A DNA stretch of 64,000 nt from NCBI GenBank assembly GCA_964291265.2, contig OZ219747.1:4192001-4256000 (forward strand), written 5' to 3'. Below, piece by piece: positions 10,535 through 19,851 of the stretch. The stretch comes from Alphaproteobacteria bacterium. GTDB taxonomy: Bacteria > Pseudomonadota > Alphaproteobacteria > SP197. The notes under the pieces were generated by a model. The model made no database searches, had not been told where the DNA came from, and saw nothing but the letters and a program-made list of their open reading frames with translations. Positions within the stretch are counted from its first letter, which is position 1, and every line of letters starts with the position of its first letter. The position numbers and the translations under genes are program-made.

Positions 10535-11137
10535 ATGTGGAAGCGACGCGAATTCGTGGGACTGGTGGCGGGTTCCCTGATGGTGGCGCCGTTCATCCGG
10601 TCCGGTGTGCGGGCCGACGGGGGCGACATGATCCTCGGCGATCCCGCGGCTCCCATCGAGATCATCGAGTATTCCTCGATGACCTGTGGCGCCTGCGCCG
10701 CCTTCCATGCCGACACGCTTCCCGATCTCAAGACCCACTGGCTCGAAACGGGACGCGCCAGACTGGTGTTCCGCGAGTATCCCCTCGACGGCCTGGCCTT
10801 GAGGGTGGCGGCCCTGGCCCGGTGTGCCGGCAACGGCCACTTCTTCGGATTCATCGACGTCCTCTTCCGCACCAGGGAACGCTGGGTCGGCGCGAATGAT
10901 CCGGTGGCGGAGTTGAGGTCCATCGTCGCATCGGGAGGCCGTGATCCGGCCATCGTCGATCGGTGCATCGACGATCGCGTGGTGATGCAGCAGATCCTCG
11001 AGGGCCTGGAAGAGGCGCGCACGACCCATGGTGTCAGGGCAACGCCGACGCTCGTCGTCAACGGAGAGGTGATCTCCGGCGATCCGGGCTACGCAGCGCT
11101 CGACGCGATGCTCCAGGACATCGAGGCCGCCTTGTGA
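10535..11137 (+). CDS. DsbA-family thioredoxin-fold protein
   Basis: LGDPAAPIEIIEYSSMTCGACAAFH, VFREYPLD, ATPT; twin-Arg-like N-terminus. Confidence 0.9.
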   Translation: MWKRREFVGLVAGSLMVAPFIRSGVRADGGDMILGDPAAPIEIIEYSSMTCGACAAFHADTLPDLKTHWLETGRARLVFREYPLDGLALRVAALARCAGNGHFFGFIDVLFRTRERWVGANDPVAELRSIVASGGRDPAIVDRCIDDRVVMQQILEGLEEARTTHGVRATPTLVVNGEVISGDPGYAALDAMLQDIEAAL

Positions 11138-11160
11138 GCGGAGCGTGCTCGTAGACCGGC

Positions 11161-14100
11161 ATGCACTTTTCCCGTCTGCGCCTCGTCGGTTTCAAGTCCT
11201 TCGTCGACCCCGCCGACCTTCTGATCGAACCCGGCCTGACCGGCGTCGTCGGTCCCAATGGGTGCGGAAAGTCTAACCTGCTCGAGGCCCTGCGCTGGAT
11301 CATGGGCGAGGCCTCGCCTTCAAGGGTGCGCGGCGGCGGCATGGAGGACGTCATCTTCGCCGGAACGCATCTCAGACCATCGCGCAACCTGGCGGAAGTG
11401 ACGCTCTCCCTCGCCAATCCCGGCCGCGATGCCCCGGAGCGATGGAACGATGCCGACGAGATCGAGATCACGCGGCGAATCGAGCGTGGCGGCGGCTCGG
11501 CCTACGCCATCAACGGCCAGGACATGCGGGCGCGGGACGTGCGCCACTTCTTCGCCGACATCTCCTCGGGCACGTCGAGTTCGGCCCTGGTGAACCAGGG
11601 CCAGATCTCGGACCTCATCAACCGCAAGCCGGCCAGTCGCCGTCATGTTCTCGAGGAAGCGGCGGGAATCGCCGGTCTGCAGGCGCGCCGCCACGAGGCC
11701 GAACTGCGTCTCCAGGGAGCGGAGAGGAATCTCGACCAGTTGATCGTCGTCATCGAGAACCTGGAAACCCGCCATGCCGCCCTGCGCCGCCAGGAACGCA
11801 TGGCGCAGCGCTACCGCAATCTGGCAAAGCGCATCAGGGACGCCGAAATGCGCTGGCGCCTGCGCCTGTGGCAGGACGCCGTCGAGGCCCTCAGCGCCGC
11901 CCAGGCGGCCTTCTCCGCCAGCGAGTCCGAGGTTGCCGAGCTCACTGGCACCGTGGCGGCGGCCACCTCCGCCCGCGAAGGTGCTGCAGCAGCGGTGCCA
12001 CCGACACGCCAGGCGCTCGGCGAGACTGATCGCGCGCTCCACGAACTCGACGTGGCGCGCGGCGTTCTCGAGACCGAGGGTGGGCGAATCGACGCCGCCC
12101 TCACGGAGGCACGAACCGCTCTCGCGCAACTCGCCGATGACCGGGATCGCGAACAGGCGCTGGAAGCCGAGGCCGACGAGGCCCTCGCCCGTCTCGATGC
12201 GGAACACGAAGGACTTGTGAACGAGAGTGACGGGGCGCGCATCGCTGCGGCCGAGGAAGCCCTTCACTCGGCGCTGCGGGAGGTCCAGGACATCGATGCC
12301 CAGGTGATCGAGGCGACGAAGAGGGCCGCATCGCTCACCGCCGAACGTCAGGCGCTCGTCAGGGAGATCGCCGAGGGCGAGTCCCGTCTAGCCGCCCTTG
12401 ACGAGGGCGACCGGAGCGACGACGGCGCGGCAATCGATGCGGCCCGGGCCGATCTCGCCCGGTGGCGTCGGCAGGAAGGCGAGGCACGCGGAGCGCGCGA
12501 GGACGCCCGCCAGGACCTCCTGCGCCTCGAGGAGGCCCACGTGACGGCGCGGCATGCGGAAGAGGAGACACGACTTGCCCTGCGGGCCGCCGAGCAACGT
12601 GTCGAAAAACTCGAGAGCGCAGCCGAAGCCCTCGAGGCCCAGGCCTGGAGCCATGAAACGGGAGACCTGAAGCCGCTGCTCGATTCGGTCGAGGTGGCGG
12701 CCGGATACGAGAACGCTCTGGGCGCCGCCCTGGGAGACGACCTCGACGCCCCCACCGGCGAGGGGCACGAACGGGGCTGGCGTCTCGTTCCGTCGCCCGC
12801 TGCCTCCCCTTCCCTGCCGGCCGGCGCCGAACCCCTGTCATGTCATGTGACCGGTCCCCCGGAACTCACCCGCCGCCTCGAGCGCACCGGGGTTGTCGAT
12901 GCCCTCTCCGGCCGCGAACTGGCGGCGTTCCTTGGACCCGGTGAACGCCTCGTCAGTCGCGACGGCGACATGTGGCGCTGGGACGGCTACTACGTCACCG
13001 GATCCCGTTCGGGCGCCGCGATCCGCCTCGCCCAGAGAGCCCGCCTCGAAGCCTTGCGCCGGGATCTGGACACGGCCCGGCCCGCCCGGCAACGGGCCGA
13101 CGAGGCGCACGCGACCGCCGTGGAAGCCGAAGCCGCAGCGCGCCTTGCCGAGGACGATGCAAGGCGCATGGCCGCCGGTCTCGGCGACCGTCTCGCGGCT
13201 GCGGTCAACGAGGCCGCCGCGGCAGCAAGAACGCTCAGCGACCTGGAAGAACGCCAGGAGCGGCGCGTCGTCGAGGCGAAGCGCATGGCAGCCGAACGGG
13301 CCTCTCTCGAAGAGACCCTCGTCCGGTGTCGCAGCGATCTTGCCGGTCTTCCGGAGGCGGACGATGACACCATCCTCGAGGCCCAGCGCCACCGCCTCGA
13401 TCTCCTGCGTCAGGAGTCTCTGGAACGCCAGCGGGTCTGCGACAGGCTCCATCAGGAGCGCGACAACCGTCTCGCTCGCATCGAGGCCATCGGCAGCGAG
13501 CGGAATTCCTGGCGCTCGCGCGCCAGTGAGGCGCGCCAGCGCATCGCCGATCTGGACGAACGCATCGCATCGCGACAGGCCACGTGCGAGGAACTCGAGA
13601 GTGCACCGGAACGCATTGCCCGCCAAAGGCGCGACCTCGCTGACCGGATCAGCGCCGCCCGGGACCGCCGCAAGGCGGCCGACGATCAGCTCGCCACGGC
13701 CGAAACACAGCTCGCCGAACGCGAGCGCTCGCTGCGTCGGCAGGAACGGGAACTCTATGCGAAACGCGAGGAGCGAGCGCGTCGCGAGGGAGTCCTTGGC
13801 CAGGCGAATGAGCGTTCCAGGGACCTTGCCGAACAGATCCGCCACCACCTTTCCCTGACGCCCGAGGACCTGGCAGGCGAGGTGCCGGATGCCAATGCTC
13901 TCGCCGAGGCAGGGGAACTGGAACAACGCTACGCGAGGGCCGTGCGCGAACGCGACAACATGGGTCCGGTCAACCTGACGGCCGGAACGGAGATGGCGGA
14001 GATCGGCGAACAGCTCTCCGCCATGGAGCGCGAGCGCAGCGACCTCGAGAAAGCCATCCAGCGGCTGCGCCGCGGCATCAGCGAACTCAACCACGAGGGC

Positions 14101-14592
14101 CGCGAACGGCTGCTCGCCGCCTTCCATGACATCGATCGCCATTTCCAGGACCTGCACCGCCGTCTGACAGGCGGCGAGGCGCGCCTCTCGCTGGTGGATT
14201 CCGATGATCCCCTAGAGGCCGGTCTCGAGGTCGACGCCAATCCGTCCGGCAAGAAACTGCAGGCGCTGTCTCTCCTTTCCGGTGGCGAACAGGCGATGGC
14301 CGCCCTCGCCCTCATCTTTGCCCTCTTCCTCACCAACCCGTCGCCGGTCTGCGTCCTCGACGAGGTGGACGCCCCTCTCGATGACGCCAATGTGACGCGA
14401 TTCTGCGACCTGCTCGACGAGTTCGCCGCCACCGACACCACCCGGTTTCTGGTCATCACCCATCATCGCGTCACCATGGCTCGCATGCACCGCCTGTTCG
14501 GCGTCACCATGAGTGAACCGGGCGTCTCGCAACTCGTCTCCGTCGATCTCGACGCGGCCGAAGGACTGCGTGAGAGCGCCGCAGCCGGCTGA
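11161..14592 (+). CDS. smc: Chromosome segregation protein SMC
   Basis: Walker A GPNGCGKSN, long coiled coils, LSGGEQ signature, VLDEVDAPLD. Confidence 0.96.
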   Translation: MHFSRLRLVGFKSFVDPADLLIEPGLTGVVGPNGCGKSNLLEALRWIMGEASPSRVRGGGMEDVIFAGTHLRPSRNLAEVTLSLANPGRDAPERWNDADEIEITRRIERGGGSAYAINGQDMRARDVRHFFADISSGTSSSALVNQGQISDLINRKPASRRHVLEEAAGIAGLQARRHEAELRLQGAERNLDQLIVVIENLETRHAALRRQERMAQRYRNLAKRIRDAEMRWRLRLWQDAVEALSAAQAAFSASESEVAELTGTVAAATSAREGAAAAVPPTRQALGETDRALHELDVARGVLETEGGRIDAALTEARTALAQLADDRDREQALEAEADEALARLDAEHEGLVNESDGARIAAAEEALHSALREVQDIDAQVIEATKRAASLTAERQALVREIAEGESRLAALDEGDRSDDGAAIDAARADLARWRRQEGEARGAREDARQDLLRLEEAHVTARHAEEETRLALRAAEQRVEKLESAAEALEAQAWSHETGDLKPLLDSVEVAAGYENALGAALGDDLDAPTGEGHERGWRLVPSPAASPSLPAGAEPLSCHVTGPPELTRRLERTGVVDALSGRELAAFLGPGERLVSRDGDMWRWDGYYVTGSRSGAAIRLAQRARLEALRRDLDTARPARQRADEAHATAVEAEAAARLAEDDARRMAAGLGDRLAAAVNEAAAAARTLSDLEERQERRVVEAKRMAAERASLEETLVRCRSDLAGLPEADDDTILEAQRHRLDLLRQESLERQRVCDRLHQERDNRLARIEAIGSERNSWRSRASEARQRIADLDERIASRQATCEELESAPERIARQRRDLADRISAARDRRKAADDQLATAETQLAERERSLRRQERELYAKREERARREGVLGQANERSRDLAEQIRHHLSLTPEDLAGEVPDANALAEAGELEQRYARAVRERDNMGPVNLTAGTEMAEIGEQLSAMERERSDLEKAIQRLRRGISELNHEGRERLLAAFHDIDRHFQDLHRRLTGGEARLSLVDSDDPLEAGLEVDANPSGKKLQALSLLSGGEQAMAALALIFALFLTNPSPVCVLDEVDAPLDDANVTRFCDLLDEFAATDTTRFLVITHHRVTMARMHRLFGVTMSEPGVSQLVSVDLDAAEGLRESAAAG

Positions 14593-14681
14593 CGGTCGAC
14601 GCCCGCCGGGAAAGGGAGTCCGCAGTCAGGGGACGATGACCGGGCTGCCTCGCGAAGCTGGGTGGAACATTGCGTTCATTG

Positions 14682-14697
14682 TGTCGCTTTTGCGACA
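14682..14697. promoter_or_regulatory. Palindromic candidate operator TGTCGC-N4-GCGACA upstream of the methyl-transfer operon
   Basis: Perfect 6-4-6 inverted repeat in the intergenic region, about 80 bp before the ATG at 14779. Confidence 0.4.
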
Positions 14698-14778
14698 ACG
14701 AGAGTCGCGAAGAGACTACACTCTGGAATATGATGGTCATACGTGTGCCCTTGGAGATCGACTGAGGGGAGCAGGCTG

Positions 14779-15486
14779 ATGGCCGACGTCGACGACGATC
14801 TTGATCTCACGACCCTGGAGGACGATGAACTCGTGCAGCAGATGCACGAGGACCTCTATGACGGTCTCGCCGACGAGATCGTCGAGGGCACCAACATCCT
14901 CCTCGAGCGTGGCTGGACGCCCTACAAGGTCCTCACGGAAGCCCTCGTCGAGGGCATGAGGATTGTCGGCATCGATTTCCGCGATGGCATCCTCTTCGTG
15001 CCGGAAGTTCTGCTGGCCGCCAACTCCATGAAAGCGGGCATGTCCATCCTTCGTCCGCTGCTGGCGGAGACCGGCGCACCCAAGCTCGGCTCCATCGTCA
15101 TCGGCACGGTCAAGGGGGACATCCACGATATCGGCAAGAACCTCGTCGGCATGATGCTCGAGGGCGCCGGTTTCGACGTGTTCGACATCGGCATCAACAA
15201 CGACGCCGACTCCTACCTCAGCGCTCTCGACGAGCACCGGCCGGACTTCCTCGGCATGTCGGCTCTCCTTACCACCACCATGCCCTATATGAAGGTGGTG
15301 ATCGATACACTCAAGGAACGCGGACTGCGCAACGACTACATGGTGCTGGTGGGCGGTGCACCGCTGAACGAGGCCTTCGCGAAGAGCGTCGGCGCCGACG
15401 CCTACTGCCGCGACGCGGCGGTGGCCGTGGAAACCGCCAAGGCCATGGTCGACGAACTCCGCCAGCAAGCCGGGGCGGCAGCCTGA
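14779..15486 (+). CDS. Cobalamin-binding (corrinoid) protein
   Basis: B12 motif GTVKGDIHDIGKNLV, MSALLTTTM, VGGAP; cap domain LFVPEVLLAA. Confidence 0.93.
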   Translation: MADVDDDLDLTTLEDDELVQQMHEDLYDGLADEIVEGTNILLERGWTPYKVLTEALVEGMRIVGIDFRDGILFVPEVLLAANSMKAGMSILRPLLAETGAPKLGSIVIGTVKGDIHDIGKNLVGMMLEGAGFDVFDIGINNDADSYLSALDEHRPDFLGMSALLTTTMPYMKVVIDTLKERGLRNDYMVLVGGAPLNEAFAKSVGADAYCRDAAVAVETAKAMVDELRQQAGAAA

Positions 15487-16100
15487 ACAGGAACCACCAG
15501 GCAGGCAGCCTCGTCATCGCCTGCGGAGCACTGGCCCATGATATCATGACACTCGTGCGCGCCCACGGCTGGGATGCGATCGAGGTTCAGTGCCTGCCGG
15601 CCGATTGGCACAATCGGCCTTCGCTGATTCCCGACGGCGTGCGCCGCAAGATCCGCGAGGCGCGAGGCACCTTCGAGAACATCTTTGTCGCCTACGCTGA
15701 TTGCGGGACCGGCGGTGCCCTTGACGAGGTGCTGGAAGACGAGGGCGTAACGAAGATCTGCGGACCCCACTGCTACCAGTTCTTCGCCGGACGGGATGCC
15801 TTCGAAGCCCTCCACGACGAGGAACCCGGCACCTTCTATCTCACCGACTACCTGGTGCGTCACTTCAACACCCTGATCATCAAGGGGCTGGGCATCGACC
15901 GCCACCCGGAACTCGAATCCCTCTACTTCGGCAACTACCGCCGGCTGATGTGGTTGTCCCAGGCGCCGGATCCCGAACTCGAGGCGAAGGCGAGGGCCGC
16001 GGCGGCACGCCTGGGGCTGGACTTCGCCATGCGCCATGCAGGATACGGCGCCCTGGAGACCCTGCTGGCGGAAGCGCAGCAGGCGGCAGGAGAACGTTGA
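15483..16100 (+). CDS. DUF1638 domain protein; start uncertain
   Basis: VIACGALA is in frame upstream of the track start; YADCGTGG, GPHCY, FYLTDYL. Confidence 0.8.
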   Translation: MNRNHQAGSLVIACGALAHDIMTLVRAHGWDAIEVQCLPADWHNRPSLIPDGVRRKIREARGTFENIFVAYADCGTGGALDEVLEDEGVTKICGPHCYQFFAGRDAFEALHDEEPGTFYLTDYLVRHFNTLIIKGLGIDRHPELESLYFGNYRRLMWLSQAPDPELEAKARAAAARLGLDFAMRHAGYGALETLLAEAQQAAGER

Positions 16101-16152
16101 TGGCCGATGGCGGCGTTCGGCCGGGAGTGCAGCGCATGGCCGGGTGCATGTG

Positions 16153-16455
16153 ATGGCGGCGGCCCTCACCGTCGTCTACTGGCGCGACATACCGGCCCAG
16201 GTGATAGCGAAGGCCGGCCGCCGGTCCGAGAGGCGCGTGCTCTCGACCCGATTCGAGAAGGCGATCGACCAGGCGGCCATGCATGCCGGTCTCCACGGGT
16301 CGGATGCCTATCTGGAACACTGGCGCCGTGCCGAGCCGGTCGCCTGTGATGACGATCTTGCGGCGGCCGCCGATGAAGCGGTGGCGCGCCTCGAGGCGAC
16401 ATTCACACCAGACGTGCTGGCGGCCCATGTCCGGGCCGGCGGCCGGGAACCCTGA
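16153..16455 (+). CDS. Small 'virulence factor' family protein typical of these methyl-transfer clusters
   Basis: VVYWRDIPAQV...RFEKAIDQAAM..DAYLEHWRR. Confidence 0.8.
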   Translation: MAAALTVVYWRDIPAQVIAKAGRRSERRVLSTRFEKAIDQAAMHAGLHGSDAYLEHWRRAEPVACDDDLAAAADEAVARLEATFTPDVLAAHVRAGGREP

Positions 16456-16471
16456 GGAACGGTGCCGATCG

Positions 16472-17377
16472 ATGAAATCTCCCGGGCAGCTCGAAGCGCG
16501 CCTCGCCGCAGGCAACTTCGTCATCACCGCCGAAACCACGCCACCCGATGCCGCCACAAGCGATGCGGTGATGGATCGGACCGGCTGTCTCAAGGGTCTC
16601 GTCGATGCCGTCAACGTGACCGACGGCGCCGGGGCGAGGACCCACATGTCCGCTCTCCCCTGCGCGGCGATCCTGGCCGCGAACGGTATCGAGCCGGTGC
16701 TGCAATTCACGGTTCGCGACCGCAATCGCCTCGCCATCCAGGGCGACATGATCGGTGCGGCGGCGCTCGGCGTTCCGTCGATCCTGTGTCTCCACGGCGA
16801 CAGCATCACCAAGGGTGACCAGCCTGATGCGAAGGCGGTGGAGGACACCGACAGCCGTGGTCTCATCTCCATGGCGCGCCGGATGCGCGACGAGGGATGC
16901 CTGCCGTCGGGTCGCACCATCGATCCGCCTCCGGGCCTGCTGATCGGTGCTGCCGACACGCCGCGAGATCCCGGCGCCGGATTCAACACCGACGGCCTCG
17001 ATGCCAAGATCGCCGCCGGAGTCGACTTCTTCCAGACCCAGTTTGCCTACGACATCGACGTCCTCAAGCGCTACATGGCGGCACTCGACGATCACGGAAT
17101 CACCCAGAAGACATGGTTCATCGTCGGCGTCGGGCCGATCATGTCGGCCCGCTCGGCCCGCTGGATGGACGCGAACCTCTTTGGCGTGCACGTGCCCGAT
17201 CATGTCATCCGCCGAATCGAGGGCGCGGCGGACGAGAAAGGGGAAGGACGCAGGGTCTGCGCCGAGCTCGTCGAGCAGTTCAGGGAAATCAGGGGCATCG
17301 CCGGCGCCCACATGATGGCGCCGAGGGGCGAGAAGGCGATCGCCCGGACCCTCACCGACTACCGGATCCGCGGCTGA
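16472..17377 (+). CDS. Methylenetetrahydrofolate reductase family protein (paralog 1)
   Basis: ITAETTPP, DAVNVTDG, RDRNRLAIQGD, FFQTQFAYD. Confidence 0.9.
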   Translation: MKSPGQLEARLAAGNFVITAETTPPDAATSDAVMDRTGCLKGLVDAVNVTDGAGARTHMSALPCAAILAANGIEPVLQFTVRDRNRLAIQGDMIGAAALGVPSILCLHGDSITKGDQPDAKAVEDTDSRGLISMARRMRDEGCLPSGRTIDPPPGLLIGAADTPRDPGAGFNTDGLDAKIAAGVDFFQTQFAYDIDVLKRYMAALDDHGITQKTWFIVGVGPIMSARSARWMDANLFGVHVPDHVIRRIEGAADEKGEGRRVCAELVEQFREIRGIAGAHMMAPRGEKAIARTLTDYRIRG

Positions 17378-17405
17378 TCCGCAGGCTGGCGGAAGGCATT
17401 TCTCC

Positions 17406-17858
17406 ATGCGGTCCATGAGAGACTGGTCGGTGCGTCATGCTCATGGCCTTGTCCGTCTCTATGCCGTCTTCGAGCATCTCATGGTTGCCATCGAACCACT
17501 GGCGCGCCTTGTTGGCCATGAACGTCTCGAACGGCCGGTGGCCGCAGTCGAGCGAACGGTCAAGGGAACCCTCTTCGACTGCCGCATGTGCGGCGCCTGC
17601 GTGCTCTCCTCGACCGGCATGTCCTGCCCCCGCAACTGCCCGAAGAACCTGCTGAACGGCCCCTGTGGCGGCGTGCGCTCCGACGGCGCATGCGAGGTTC
17701 TGCCCGACATGACCTGTGTCTGGGTCAAGGCCGTCGAAGGGGATCGCAACATGGGGGGTGGCACCATCGGCCTCCTGCCTGCCAGCGATCACCGTCTCAT
17801 CAGCCGATCGTCCTGGCTGCGCATCCTGCGCCAGCGTTCGGCGGGCAGCTCCCGGTGA
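17406..17858 (+). CDS. Cys-rich MTHFR C-terminal / MetV-like protein
   Basis: FDCRMCGACVL..TGMSCPRNCPKNLLNGPCGG...CEV..CVW. Confidence 0.85.
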   Translation: MRSMRDWSVRHAHGLVRLYAVFEHLMVAIEPLARLVGHERLERPVAAVERTVKGTLFDCRMCGACVLSSTGMSCPRNCPKNLLNGPCGGVRSDGACEVLPDMTCVWVKAVEGDRNMGGGTIGLLPASDHRLISRSSWLRILRQRSAGSSR

Positions 17859-17914
17859 CCGGACCCGCACGGCCGGGCATCGGTCCGCTCAACGAGGGAC
17901 CGGCGTTCCCCGCC

Positions 17915-18943
17915 ATGAAATCCACCGCATCCATCGACCCGGGCGCCCCCCTTGAACCGCTGCCGGAACACAGTTCCCGTGGCCGCCTCGAACGGGTGCT
18001 GAGGTCCGGCGAATTCGCCGTCACGGCGGAACTCTCGCCACCCGATTCCGCGGATCCGATGGATGTCTTCGACCGGGCGGCGATCTTCGATGGCTGGGTC
18101 GACGCCATCAATGCAACCGACGGCTCCGGCGCCAACTGTCACATGTCCAGTCTCGGCGTGTGCGCCCTCCTCACCCGCGTCGGCTACGCGCCGGTGATGC
18201 AGATCTCGGCCCGCGACCGCAACCGGATCGCCATCCAGGGGGATGTCCTGTCGGCGGCGGCGATGGGGGTCACCAACATTCTCTGCCTGACCGGCGACGG
18301 CGTCGAATGCGGTGATCACCCGCAGGCACGGCCCGTCTTCGATCTCGACTGCATGACGACACTCGCCGTGCTGTCCACCATGCGCGACGAGGGCACCTTC
18401 GCATCGGGTCGCCGTCTCGACCGCGCCCCTGAGCTCTTTCTCGGGGCCGCCGCCAATCCCTTCGCCCCGCCCTTCGACTACCGGCCGCTGCGACTGCAAC
18501 GCAAGATCGAGGCGGGTGCGCAGTTCGTGCAGACCCAGTACTGCTTCGACATCCCTCGCCTCGAACGCTACATGGAGCGTGTGCGCGACCTGGGGCTTCA
18601 CGAGAGATGCTTCATCCTGGTGGGGGTCGGACCACTGGCCTCGGCCCGCGCGGCGCGATGGATCCGGACCCATGTGCCCGGTGTCCACATCCCCGACGCC
18701 GTCATCGACAGGCTGGCTGGTGCGGCGGACGCCCGGGAGGAAGGAAAGCGGCTCTGTGTTGAACTTGTCCAGCGCATACGCGACATCGAGGGCATTTCCG
18801 GGATACACCTCATGGCCTATCGTCAGGAGGAAAGCGTTGCCTGGATCATTGCGGAGTCGGATGTGCTCAAGGGACGCACTCCGCATGCCGTTCATCCCGT
18901 TGTTCCCGACTACATGCAAAGGAAGGCATGGGCCAAGGCATGA
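17915..18943 (+). CDS. Methylenetetrahydrofolate reductase family protein (paralog 2)
   Basis: FAVTAELSPPDS, DAINATDGSGANCHMSS, RDRNRIAIQGD, FVQTQYCFD. Start may be GTG 17855. Confidence 0.9.
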   Translation: MKSTASIDPGAPLEPLPEHSSRGRLERVLRSGEFAVTAELSPPDSADPMDVFDRAAIFDGWVDAINATDGSGANCHMSSLGVCALLTRVGYAPVMQISARDRNRIAIQGDVLSAAAMGVTNILCLTGDGVECGDHPQARPVFDLDCMTTLAVLSTMRDEGTFASGRRLDRAPELFLGAAANPFAPPFDYRPLRLQRKIEAGAQFVQTQYCFDIPRLERYMERVRDLGLHERCFILVGVGPLASARAARWIRTHVPGVHIPDAVIDRLAGAADAREEGKRLCVELVQRIRDIEGISGIHLMAYRQEESVAWIIAESDVLKGRTPHAVHPVVPDYMQRKAWAKA

Positions 18944-19851
18944 CCGAGACCGTGATCAGTTCGGCGACGAAGACCGTCGTCATCGGCTTCGACCGCCCGT
19001 TTACCGTCATCGGTGAGCGGATCAACCCCACGGGCCGCAAGCGCCTCGCCGCGGAAATGGCCGACGGCGACTACTCTCGCGTTGAGTCCGATACCCTGGC
19101 CCAGGTGGCCGCAGGGGCCCACATGCTCGACGTCAACGCAGGCGTACCGCTCGCCGACGAACCGCAGATTCTCCATGACTGCATCAAGCTCGTGCAGTCC
19201 CTGACCGATGCCCCGCTATCGATCGACAGTTCCATCGTCGCCGCCCTCGAAAGAGGCCTTGACGCCTATGTCGGCAAGCCCCTGGTCAATTCCGTCACCG
19301 GCGAGGAGGAACGGCTCGAATCCGTGTTGCCCCTGGTAGCGAAGCACGGTGCCGCGGTGGTCGCCATCTCCAACGACGAGACGGGAATCTCTGAGGATCC
19401 CGACGAGCGCTTCGATGTCGCCCGCAAGATCGTCGAACGCGCAGCCGACTACGGCATCCCTCCAGCCGATATCGTGGTCGACCCGCTGGTCATGCCCATC
19501 GGCGCCATCGGCGAAGCCGGGCGCACCAGCTTCCGCATCATCCGACGACTGCGCGAGGAACTGAAGGTCAACACCACCTGCGGCGCCTCCAACATTTCCT
19601 TCGGGTTGCCGGCCCGCCCGGCTCTGAATGCCGCATTCCTCACCATGGCCATGGCCAGCGGGATGACGTCGGCGATCACCAATCCGCTGGAATCCGAAAT
19701 CATGACGGCCATCCGTGCCGGTGACGTGATGATGGGCGTGGACCGCAACTGCCGGACCTGGATTGCCCTCAACTCGAGCGCCAGCGCGGCAGGCGATGCC
19801 ATCTCCCAGGCGCGGGCGCGACGGCGCGAAGGCCGCAGGCGCCGTGGCTGA
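18940..19851 (+). CDS. Methyltetrahydrofolate:corrinoid methyltransferase (pterin-binding)
   Basis: VIGERINPTGRK, LDVNAG, LSIDSS, VNSVTGEE, GASNISFGLP. Confidence 0.92.
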   Translation: MTETVISSATKTVVIGFDRPFTVIGERINPTGRKRLAAEMADGDYSRVESDTLAQVAAGAHMLDVNAGVPLADEPQILHDCIKLVQSLTDAPLSIDSSIVAALERGLDAYVGKPLVNSVTGEEERLESVLPLVAKHGAAVVAISNDETGISEDPDERFDVARKIVERAADYGIPPADIVVDPLVMPIGAIGEAGRTSFRIIRRLREELKVNTTCGASNISFGLPARPALNAAFLTMAMASGMTSAITNPLESEIMTAIRAGDVMMGVDRNCRTWIALNSSASAAGDAISQARARRREGRRRRG

